In this document: positions 38,535 to 48,832 of the stretch, in pieces
How positions within the stretch are numbered: the first letter of the stretch is position 1
Layout of the letters: every line of letters starts with the position of its first letter
Assembly (NCBI RefSeq): GCF_000497125.1
Contig: NC_090598.1
Location: 1,178,001 to 1,242,000 of the forward strand
Source: Spironucleus salmonicida
Lineage: Eukaryota
Direction of reading: 5' to 3'
Length of the DNA: 64,000 bases
Notes under the pieces: model-generated
Seen by the model: the letters and a program-made list of their open reading frames with translations, nothing else
What the model was told of the DNA's origin: nothing
Database searches by the model: none
Program-made: the position numbers and the translations under genes

Positions 38535-39021
38535 AATTCACTTTGCCATGAGCTGGAAGGCGGTGCGAGCCGGGACAGTATTCGCGTACAGCTCGCCACC
38601 GCGCGCGGTGAAGGAGAAGCTGAGGTCCATGGGCGTGCGGCCCCCCTGGATCGGCAGGGAAATGGATATGGGGATGGAGACGCTCACGCGCTACCGCCGG
38701 TCCCGGTACTCAACACAGTCCTCGTTTCGGATGGTGCTGACATGGCGGGAGCCGAGGTCGATCCGGAGGCACTACTCGCCGTTGCTGACCAGGAGGTCGT
38801 CACGCCCCTAGACGAAGGTGGCGCTGCAGCTGAAGCGGCCGTTCAGCGTGAGAGTACACACTTGGGGAATCATTACGGAAGGGGGCTGGAATATCGGGTT
38901 GTAACGGGGTATTGAGGCGGTATGTGCTCTACTTTCCACACTACAGGATCTCTACTCGGGGTGGGATTGTTGATTAAGGGCATCGGGTATACTTTCGGTC
39001 GTAGAAACGCAAGTTAGAATA
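38535..39021 (-). repeat. 487-bp module, inverted near-identical copy of 46328-46814
   Basis: Reverse complement matches 46328-46814; only one substitution noticed (tacagc vs tacaac). Confidence 0.95.
38538..38873 (-). CDS. Orphan beta-rich protein (111 aa), copy 1
   Basis: MIPQVCTLTLNGRFSCSATFVQGRDDLL...TAFQLMAK; strong G/C third positions; AAG TGA terminator; the copy difference is synonymous (CTG/TTG) in this frame. Confidence 0.8.
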
Positions 39022-39262
39022 CAGGTTAAATACTCAGTAAGCTTTAATAATATATAGATGGATATAATTTTAAATTAAGATTTTCTTACAGATGTGAAAG
39101 CTTCACTTATTGCTAATAGTAATATACCATTATTCTTTTATATATTGATATTTAATTATTAAATTATAAATGAATTGTTATCTAAACAAAGACTTAAAAC
39201 TTAAGCTCATACTAATCGTAATTATTATATATGTAATAATACATATTTTATTAAAATTCCAA

Positions 39263-41167
39263 ATGTCATCCAGTTCTACAAAACTTGCTTTTCAATACGC
39301 ACTTTCATAATTACCGATTTAACTGCCATCTACTCTTTAAATACCAAAGATTCCATCATAATTATCAGCAAAATAGTCATTAGTTCATCTTTTAAATTGT
39401 TTACCTTTAGATATTTAAAGTTAAGTGTGCAGTTCTTTAGCATAATGTAAAAAATGCGGATTCCACGGCCCATATTCAGTAGTTTCTGAGCACAGAGTAT
39501 GCTTATGTGGAAATAATTTAGAAATCATTATTCCACCAATGATTGAAGGAACTGTCTATCAGAACAGCAACAGCGTATACACTAAGAATCTTACCAGCCT
39601 TGTCACGTTTAAGGAATAAAAATATTATTGTATAAGATTATTTAAAGACAAAGTTTTATTAAATGATGGAGATTAAGAAAATTTGTTAAGAGAATCTGAT
39701 TTTGAATTATATATTGAAAAATAGTAAGGACCAATCTTTGATTAAATCGGAAGAGTTGTGTTGGCAATTTATGTAAATCATGTTGGTAATAGTGAAAGAA
39801 CAATAGAATTTAGCAAAATACAACCAAAGCCACGTATTTACATGAATAACAATGAATCTGCAATTAATTCAAGCATAAATTATACAATCCCCTAAAAAGA
39901 AGTCCTATAAAAAACAATTTATGACGTATAACGAAAGTTTCCTAAGGATTTTTAAATTAATCCATTATCTAAAAAACTGTGCTGTTTTAATTATGATAGT
40001 GCGCCATCTCATCACTATAAGTATTGTGAATTTTGTGGATGTGGATGTTCACTTACTAGTCACTTTTCATTACTATCTATTATGTGCTTTATACCTATTT
40101 TGCTAATAATAATAACTAATGTTGTCTTACTTCTAGTCTTAATATTTTTACGTTTACCAGACCCTGAAGTATTTATCACAGATAATCTTATAGTGAGAAA
40201 TAATGCTGCAATAGCCATGAATCTTAATAATGCAACATATTCGACTTTCATAGCAACTTAGAAGAGCCTAGATTAAATTTATGAAATTTATACATAAAAT
40301 ATTATAACAGAATTATTATAAACTGATCTACTCTAAAATTAAAGTCCTTTGGTCATAAAAGGTGTATCTAGCGATTTAGTAACCGTTAACTAACTAACAG
40401 TAGATAATGTTACAGTTACAAATTAGACATAATTTGACGGAAACTCAGTTTCTACTTAATCTATTACTTTCTAGCCTAATACAAATGTTATTTTTGGGCA
40501 AACACCTAATTTTAATGGGCTTATTAGCCTTGTAGATGCAAAAATTGTAGACCTTACTGCTTCATCCTTAAATTTTACTTAGTTTACATAATCTGGAATA
40601 TTTTCATCACCTTTAAAAGTAAATTCATTAACCACAAAAATCGGTAAAATAACTGAATTGACAACTAAATCTCTTACTTCCTAATAGTTAACAGTAGATA
40701 CTTTAAAAGTTACTGGAAATTCTATTTTGAGCTAAATTAAGACAACAAACCTTACAGTTTAGTAATCCCTTTCAGTATCTAACTCAATTGTAAATCTTCC
40801 TTAGCTCCTTAAATTTAATTCAACTGGTAGAATTTCTGGAGATTTAAATATAGAAGGAATTTTATAAACCGGTTAAAATACTATTTAAAACTTGTAAATA
40901 ATTGATTTTAAAGGCACAACATCAACAATTTAATCATTGAACACTTAAATTATCAATGCTGCTGAGAGTAGACTTGATATATAAAATTTAATATCTTAAA
41001 GTGCGCTAATTACAGGTTAAGCTGGAGGGTTAAGCATTAATGGAAATAAAATTATCGAATCTAATATAAATGGTTTATCTTTAGGTGCCAATAGTATTAA
41101 TTGCACTACATTTACAGTAGCAAAAAATCTAGATGTTGGCGTAGTTAATACCACAAGAATAAATTGA
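39263..41167 (+). CDS. Type II membrane protein: cytoplasmic zinc ribbon, one TM helix, extracellular beta-solenoid-like region (634 aa)
   Basis: CKKCGFHG-x10-CLCG at 39446-39511; Cys-rich juxtamembrane segment and TM at ~40065-40150; T/S/N-rich alternating hydrophobic repeats (LTVDNVTVTN, LTVDTLKVTGN, ISGDLNIEG); paralog of 60318-62084. Confidence 0.8.
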
Positions 41168-41561
41168 ATGAAGCACAATGTAATGGATTAGGAATAATTT
41201 ATTTAAAATAAATATAACTAATATTGAGAATTATCGGCATTAATAGTAAATTTATTATGATATGAGTTTTTTATTATTAATAATTAGGTAGATTCACTTG
41301 CTTAATCGAAAGGGCTAATCACTATTAATCAGTAAAATTTTAACCTATATAGAACTTAATATTAACCTTTAATTACAAATATAATGTATTAATTTATGTA
41401 TAGTTCCTGGTTAAATAATTTTTATTATTTCATGCAATCACTAGAAATGAAATTACAATTTATTAAATATAATAATGCTATAATATTTAATACTTGTAAC
41501 CATAATATCCAGTAAGTCGTCCTATAATAAGAATATAGAACCATTAAATATGTAAATGAAA

Positions 41562-42413
41562 TCATTCATTCGAAAGTTTTTAAAGCTTCACCTTTCTCAT
41601 TTATACTAATTTCACAGTTACAAAATAAGATAAAATTAATATTTAAACACTAATAATAATTCCTAGCATCCATAATGCTATAGTTTTTCTCGAATTATTT
41701 ATATGAGTTGATCTTTGATCTTTTTTGCATCCAATTTTATCTGGTGTAAAACCCGTAATGCATTAACACTTGTTATTATTTACTATCATATTTCTACTAC
41801 AATACTCACATGTATTATCTTCTTTTAAAAAATTATTCTATAATAGTCCATCACGGGAGCATTTATTTACACATTTACTATGATTACTTATAGCTACATC
41901 GAAATTTGAGCACAGTGTACACTTATTAAATCCTGTAATTGCCTGAACCATATTTTTTTAACATGTTGCACACTTCAAGGGTACCTTTTACAATATTTCA
42001 GAACCTATAGTGCATACACATTCATTATTTACTGTTACATAATTTCCAATTGGAAATAATGGACAAAGCATACATTTATGCGTTGAAACATCGTAATATT
42101 GTGCTGGAATAGTTCCACATATATTAACACATTTTCCTTGCTTGTTGTGTTGTTCATATGATTTACAAGCTATTTGACTAAGAATTTTATGAATATCTGA
42201 TAATCTAAAATATTAAACAACTAATTTTTTTATTTGTTCAAGAATTTATTATTCCTCTAAACAAATATTAAGTTATATATAAAATATAAATGAGCAAACT
42301 TTACCTAATTCTTTAAGTATATTATAGATAATAATATTAATATATTTATTCACTTTTATGTATATTCTAATAGTGATAGAAATTTGCAAAAATGACTTCG
42401 TATTAGTCTTCAT
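41562..42413 (-). CDS. Cysteine-rich membrane protein (CRMP/VSP-like); start uncertain
   Basis: CxxC and CxC motifs (CMLC, CVC, CATC, CTLC, CEYC, CQC), C-terminal TM IALWMLGIIISVQILILSYFVTV, basic tail MRKVK; the only in-frame upstream ATG (42413) gives an atypical N-terminus. Confidence 0.7.
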
Positions 42414-42574
42414 AATTTATATTTTATAATTACTATATAGTATAACTATGTAGTAATAGTTATTTAATCACTATTACTGACAAAGTTTAACATCAATTAA
42501 TTCGAGATGTTGAGAAAACAAATATAATCTATTATATTCTTAATTATTATAAATTAATTTTTTCATTTCTTTTA

Positions 42575-44089
42575 ATGAATGGAATTATTAAATAGCTATA
42601 ACTTCTTAATGAAGCGATTTATAGTAATATGCCATTACCTTCAACAACATAATTAACGTAGCTTGTCTTGGATTAACTTATTAAAAATAATATATTATTA
42701 TTAGAGGTGTTTTAATCGGCACCTTTATTATTGCTAGGTTTATCTGGAAAAAATTCAATTTAGTTATAAATTTTTAAAAATGGCTACAAAAACAGACAGT
42801 GGTTAAGTATATTTGATCCTAGTTCAATACAAACTCTTTTATTTAAAGGTATAAATCATTGTACATTTAAAATATAAACTGAAAGTGATAAAATCGAGAA
42901 AAAATTTTTAGTTTAGTAGTTGTTTGCGATATTTGGTATGGAAGTTGATAGTTATGAAATTTTTGTCAATTATATTTTAGAAAGTTTAGTTTATTTAATC
43001 TAAGGAACATTTTAGTGCAATTTTTCCTAGATTACGAATATTCTGAAAGTAGGCGAAGTAGTTAATTACTCATCTTCTTTCAATAAACTATTAGATACAA
43101 TATTTTCTATATTATCTCCAGTTGCATAACAAAAATTAGCAGTTACTTTTCTCGAAATCACTCCTAATTTTTCTTAGTTTGACAATATCGTATAGACTCT
43201 ATAGGTAGTTACAAAGTTTACGTAGTTAAATGCATTTTAAAATTATCAATAACGTATTCCAGAGCTTTTATAGACTCTTAGCGCAAATATTAATACAGTA
43301 GATACTCCACGAATTTTAGAACATATTTATTCTCCATAAATTATTTCTTTATCTAAAAAACTTATTAGGTAAGGATCATTTGATTTCGAATAAATTTGCT
43401 AGAAACTTATTATCTAGTTGAAGGAGGTTATTAACTATGCAATCTATAGTTAAAATTCTTTATACTCTTTAAAAATGCCATTAAAAATATAAGAAATAAA
43501 TTATCATATTATAAGAAGCTAGCTACAATTTTTAATAAATTCTAGCTAAATTATGTTTGGAAACTACGTTCCACCATTTTATATGGCAACAAATATGATT
43601 GTTAACATGATAAATTAGAATTAATTTTTAAAATTGAAATTTAATGATATAATTTCTTCGTATAAAAATTAAATGCCAAATTAGTTTTTTTATGGAAATA
43701 TAACATTAGAATAAGTAATTAGTATCGGAGGAATTAAAACGACAGATTAAAAACTTGACTCATTTGAGATGTTATAAAAAGCATAGATTTAACCTTAAGT
43801 TTAAGTTCAATAGCTATTTAAATCTTCTATTGCTAATATATCAAATGTAAATATTACAAAAGTTGAGCCATAATAAAAAATAACAGAAGATAGTACTGTT
43901 ATACTCGGATTGACATCATTTGCTGACGATTCATTACTTAGTGAAATTATTGCATAAAAATAACAAATACCCAACACAAAAAATTTAGAGGTTACTGATG
44001 AATCAGGTAAACTTGAAATTTCAAAATATTATAATGAAAGCATAATTGGAGAGGAAAGTAAGATTGATCTTGATCTAAAATTCTTATGA
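42575..44089 (+). CDS. Hypothetical protein (504 aa)
   Basis: Start and stop in frame under table 6; helical N-terminal half, low-complexity C-terminus. Confidence 0.7.
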
Positions 44090-44104
44090 ATAATTTAATT
44101 AATA

Positions 44105-44518
44105 TCACTATTTAGTTTAATGCTTTTATATTTACTTCAAACAGTATGATACATATTTTTTAATTTCATCAATATTCAGCCCTTACTTTTTAGCATGATT
44201 ATCCCACACTTCTTAAAATATTTAAAAGTCATTTAAGTCTGGTTTACTTTATTTTGCTGTTTTAATTATATCTAACATAGTATCTTTGTCTATTTACTAA
44301 ATATCTTCTTAGAATATTCTTTCGTGTGCTTTAAACTTCTGGTGCATTATTTTTTACTAAATTTTAAGCTCTTTTTATCCAAAAGCTATAAATTGTGATT
44401 TAATTTTAGCGGATAAAAGTTTATACTCATTATAAACTTCAACATCGGTTGAAGGAATTTTGTCTGTGCATTTCATATGCATTAACACGTATTCTTTTAA
44501 AACACTTGCTACCGACAT
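44105..44518 (-). CDS. Hypothetical protein (137 aa)
   Basis: Open under table 6; ends TAG TGA. Confidence 0.65.
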
Positions 44519-44619
44519 TTTCCACTTTATTCTAATATTAATTTTTAATATGTATAATACTATGAATATTTATATTTATATTTTATATATAATATTTATA
44601 TTATGATCTCATTATAAAA

Positions 44620-46041
44620 ATGAATTCAAATAGTCGCCTTTTCGCAAATGAAACTACAGAAAACGAGATTTAATGGAGAACAATTCTTGAATAATAAAAT
44701 ATTAGAACAAATTTTCATCTTTTAAGACCACTCAATCCCCTCTCATCATCATATTCATAAACTTGTGATATTTGTTCAAATCCAGCAATTTTAGCATGTA
44801 TTTCTTGCCATTCTAAATGGTGTTCACATGAGCATTTTCTTCTAGATGATGAACCAGTGCATTCTCATATATGTTCCAAGCTTACGGAGCTATGGTTTAT
44901 TGCTTATGAAAATAAGCATGGGAATGAAATTGAAGCACTTCTTACAAACAGTTCAGAAATGAAAATTGAAAGAGGATTGCTTATGGAGATTCGAAGAATT
45001 TGTTTGGAGCGGTGTAGTGGATATGTGGCTGATAGAAACTGGATTATGGCTGTAGCCCCTAGTTTAAGGGTAGTTGGTCTAAGTGAAAAAATATTTGGAA
45101 AGAGATCGTTAGAGTTCATTTCTGCAGGGCTTTTAATGGCAAAATGTCATTTAGGGCTCAAAAAATATGAATATGTAAACAGGCATTTGTAAGTGTTAAA
45201 TGTTTAGATTATGGATATTATTAATGATGAATTATAACGAGTTTCTGGATAAATTGATAAGAGATTAGTATTCAAAGAAGAACCAAAAAATTTAGGTGAA
45301 AACCGTATTAAATTTCCGTTCGTCCAAATTCCGATTAAGGTAATTGAAAAGATGAACAATGAAATTGTAGCGGTATAGGGTAGACTTTATCATCTTTTTG
45401 GGGCATTTTTCTAAAGCCTTGGAGAGAGTGAAGAAAGTATTGATTTTTTTGGAGCCTCCATATATTTTTTGTCGCTTGCATATGGACCTACAGCTCTTAA
45501 AACTACTCTGGGATATCTGGAATTGGGTAAAAGTATGCTTATTGGTTAGAAACCATTCCATTCTCCACATAATCCTAAAATTAGATATAGCGAATAAAAT
45601 GCTATTGTAAAAAAAGTCCTTAATATCGTTTAGTTTAGTGTTGATGTTTGGGATACTATGATACGGCGTGCTATTAATACTAATACTCAACTATTGTATG
45701 ATTTTTGTGAAATAGGTGAGCCTAGGCTACTTCTTTAAGATGCAAAAGCAATATCATCACTCTATGTAGGTACAGCAAGTAGCTATTATTGTTCGGCTTC
45801 AGTTACCTTAGCTTTTTTATTTTTATCATTTGATAAGGATTATGAATCTGTAGTAGAAGCCAAAATAGCATAAAAAGCGCTATAAGGATATTTTATATGG
45901 AATGATGAAATAAATTCTTAAGAGTATTAACGAATGAAATTTCTATAGAAAGATGTCTCGGACATACTTTCCATATTAGAAACACCTGATGTTATGAAGC
46001 GTATTGCAATTGTTGAGACAAATGCTAGATCAAGAGTGTGA
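44620..46041 (+). CDS. ZMYND12: ZMYND12-like MYND zinc finger/TPR axonemal protein (473 aa)
   Basis: CDICSNPAILACISCHSKWCSHEH...HSHIC; AVAPSLRVVGLSEKIFGKRSLEFISAGLLMAKCHLGL; SIYFLSLAYGP...TLGYLELG. Confidence 0.8.
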
Positions 46042-46365
46042 ATTTGTATTTAATAGTAGATTTTGTTATTTATTACGCTATATTTCAATAAAGCGGTTTT
46101 AGTTCAATTAATTTTATATGGCCAACACATTATCACTAGCAACTGAATAAATTTTAAACACATCATAAAACTATCTCATTAACACGTGAATAAAATAAGG
46201 TAAACTTATATGTTAATACGAATAACGAAGTATCTTATTCTCAATAAGTTATCACTGTTACATCAGTCTACAATGATTCCACTCCACTTATATTATCAAT
46301 CATTTTAATATAAATAATAAGCAATTCTATTCTAACTTGCGTTTCTACGACCGAAAGTATACCCG

Positions 46366-46479
46366 ATGCCCTTAATCAACAATCCCACCCCGAGTAGAGA
46401 TCCTGTAGTGTGGAAAGTAGAGCACATACCGCCTCAATACCCCGTTACAACCCGATATTCCAGCCCCCTTCCGTAATGA
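46366..46479 (+). other. Candidate uORF (37 aa) whose TGA overlaps the downstream ATG (ATGA); identical at 38870-38983 on the minus strand
   Basis: MPLINNPTPSRDPVVWKVEHIPPQYPVTTRYSSPLPQ-TGA; junction ccg taA TGA tt. Confidence 0.35.
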
Positions 46480-46811
46480 TTCCCCAAGTGTGTACTCTCA
46501 CGCTGAACGGCCGCTTCAGCTGCAGCGCCACCTTCGTCTAGGGGCGTGACGACCTCCTGGTCAGCAACGGCGAGTAGTGCCTCCGGATCGACCTCGGCTC
46601 CCGCCATGTCAGCACCATCCGAAACGAGGACTGTGTTGAGTACCGGGACCGGCGGTAGCGCGTGAGCGTCTCCATCCCCATATCCATTTCCCTGCCGATC
46701 CAGGGGGGCCGCACGCCCATGGACCTCAGCTTCTCCTTCACCGCGCGCGGTGGCGAGTTGTACGCGAATACTGTCCCGGCTCGCACCGCCTTCCAGCTCA
46801 TGGCAAAGTGA
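46476..46811 (+). CDS. Orphan beta-rich protein (111 aa), copy 2
   Basis: Same protein as 38538-38873; ends AAG TGA. Confidence 0.8.
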
Positions 46812-46909
46812 ATTTTTTAATCATACTGTCATGAATATCTTTACTATGAAGAAAATTATTTACACATTATTATATATTTTATTACATATTCACTCCCATC
46901 CTCTACTAA

Positions 46910-47551
46910 ATGTCAACCCAGACTTTTTGCACAGGAAACTCTGTTGTAGCAATCCGCTACAACAACGGCACACTTATAGCCTCGGATAAAGCACTATCTT
47001 ACGGAAAGATGTCACTTTCTACGAATTTTTCGCGTATTTTCACTACCGCAACGACAGCAATTGCATTTTCAGGGGATGAGGCACATTTCAGGTCAACAGT
47101 CGACATAATCCAGCAAATAGAGAGGGATAACCGCCGCCTGGACAGGGCCGCCTTGACACCCGAACAGATCCACAGGGTGGTCCAGGAGCAGCACTACGCG
47201 GCTAGGAACGAACAGAAACCAGTCCTGAACTCGCTGATTGTTACGGGCAAGAATTTCCTGCAGACCATCGACGTTTTTGGAACCGTTTTCAGCCTGAACG
47301 TTGCATCAACCTCTCTCGGCAAGTACTATGCGTTACCGTTTTTGAGGGAGTAGTACAGAGAGAATTTGACAAAGGCGGAGGCAATCGATATTGCGAAAAG
47401 GGCGCTTTCAATAATGTACCAGAACGACTGCCTCGCATGCCAGAATATCGAGATCTGTACGATCGGGGATTAAGTGGAAAGGTTCCAGGAGAAGGTGGAC
47501 TGTAACTGGGACATCGGCAAGTACAGAGACCTGAGTGTCGTGATGAAGTGA
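46910..47551 (+). CDS. PSMB4: 20S proteasome beta subunit, beta-7/PSMB4 type (213 aa)
   Basis: TQTFCTGNSVVAIRYNNGTLIASDKALSYG, FSGDEAHF, YAARNEQKPVLNSLIVTG, YYALPFLRE, MYQNDC, NWDI; ends AAG TGA. Confidence 0.88.
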
Positions 47552-47566
47552 AAATACGCTAATTAC

Positions 47567-48208
47567 TCATTACACCTGCTGCGAGGAGCCTGATGAGCTT
47601 ACCCGGTCCAGGTCCGCAATCCAGTCCAGCGCTGGTACATCATTTTTCCCGCACTCCGGGGAGCTTGCCCGCATGGCTATCACACGGTCAGAATCAGGAC
47701 TCCCTTCTCGTGCCACCGCCGCCTGCTGGGCCTCGATCGCGCAGATGCTGAGCCAGTCCTGGCGGGTAAACTCGACGAATTTGGTGCTGATCTCCCGGGG
47801 CTGCGGCAGGGCCGAGAAGTCGATTCGGACGGACATATGGCCCTCAATCGCTTCACAGGTGAAGTTGATTGTGTCAGCCTCGCGGAACACGATAGGGATC
47901 AGTTTGAGTAGTCTGGGTTGCTGGAACTTCCTGCGCTTTTCCTGCGCCGGCGTGTCCTCGCGCAGTTCGAGAGGAAAATCCTACTAACGTAATCCGTTAC
48001 GCTGGTAGGAGTTCTTGACTTCGACGTTGAGCATTTGCACAAATTCCTGCTGGGAGGGAGAAATTTCGATGTCCGACTCGATCGTGGATAGGCACTGCTT
48101 GCTCACGGGATGGTTATTGGAAGAGTAATTCTTAACCTGCTGCGAAACTGACCTTTTGAATTGACCGAGCACTTATGGGGGCTTTCTGAGGAATATTTTT
48201 TAATTCAT
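47567..48208 (-). CDS. Hypothetical protein (213 aa)
   Basis: Joins track ORFs 47984-48172 and 47570-47890 under table 6; GC3-biased. Confidence 0.7.
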
Positions 48209-48333
48209 TTCTATAGATAGATTTCAACTTAAAGATATATTAATAGCAAAGGTAAAATTATCGCGTCTGGGCAAGTAAAGTAATAAGTAGTTATTATAAG
48301 ATTAATAATCAGATATTATTACCGCAATAAAAA

Positions 48334-48753
48334 ATGTCAGGATAGTGCTCGGTTGTAGGCAGTTGTATTATCAATCCGTTGCTAGATAATAAAAATGTTA
48401 TCTACAAGCCATCCAGCAAAGAAGTTGGTGCTTTTTCTTATGAATAAGGCGCCTAGATCAGATAAGAATGTAATGCATTGAAAACACACAAAATGCCAAA
48501 AAAGTAGCAAGGTTTATTTGATCCGATTTAAGAATAAAAGAAAGAGAATTTATGGCTCACTAATTAAAAATGTTCACACAATATTTTGAATAAGGGTTTA
48601 AATAACTATGCAGAATTTTCTTCTACCCAAAAGACCTAATTACAGGATGCACTTCAACAAATTCCTTAAGATTTTAAGGTTAAAGTTAATGAAAATAGAG
48701 ATAAAGAGCGCGCTAGAGTCGAATATAAGTATGCGCATTATAATGACAATTGA
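48334..48753 (+). CDS. Hypothetical protein (139 aa)
   Basis: Open under table 6 from AAAAATG; MSGQCSVVGSC...YAHYNDN-TGA. Confidence 0.6.
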
Positions 48754-48832
48754 AGTTAGTTTTATGTATTTTTTAAAAGAAAATATGTTATATTTATTAT
48801 ATATTAACTATCATGAAATTTAAAATCCCAAA

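Larger units (their letters stand above)
46328..46814 (+). repeat. 487-bp module, inverted near-identical copy of 38535-39021
   Basis: Direct sequence comparison with 38535-39021. Confidence 0.95.

Noticed and set aside
38548-38973. Antisense ORF MSWKAV... (extends to ~141 aa under table 6; also at 46801 on the minus strand)
   Set aside because: Codon bias, AAG TGA terminator and the synonymous copy difference all favour the opposite strand.
46328-46475. Self-cleaving ribozyme or tRNA in the duplicated leader
   Set aside because: No hammerhead CUGANGA core, HDV-type pattern or cloverleaf with T-loop could be found by eye on either strand.
46366-46479. Antizyme-like +1 frameshift interpretation of the uORF
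   Set aside because: The main ORF is in the -1 frame relative to the uORF and has no antizyme motifs.
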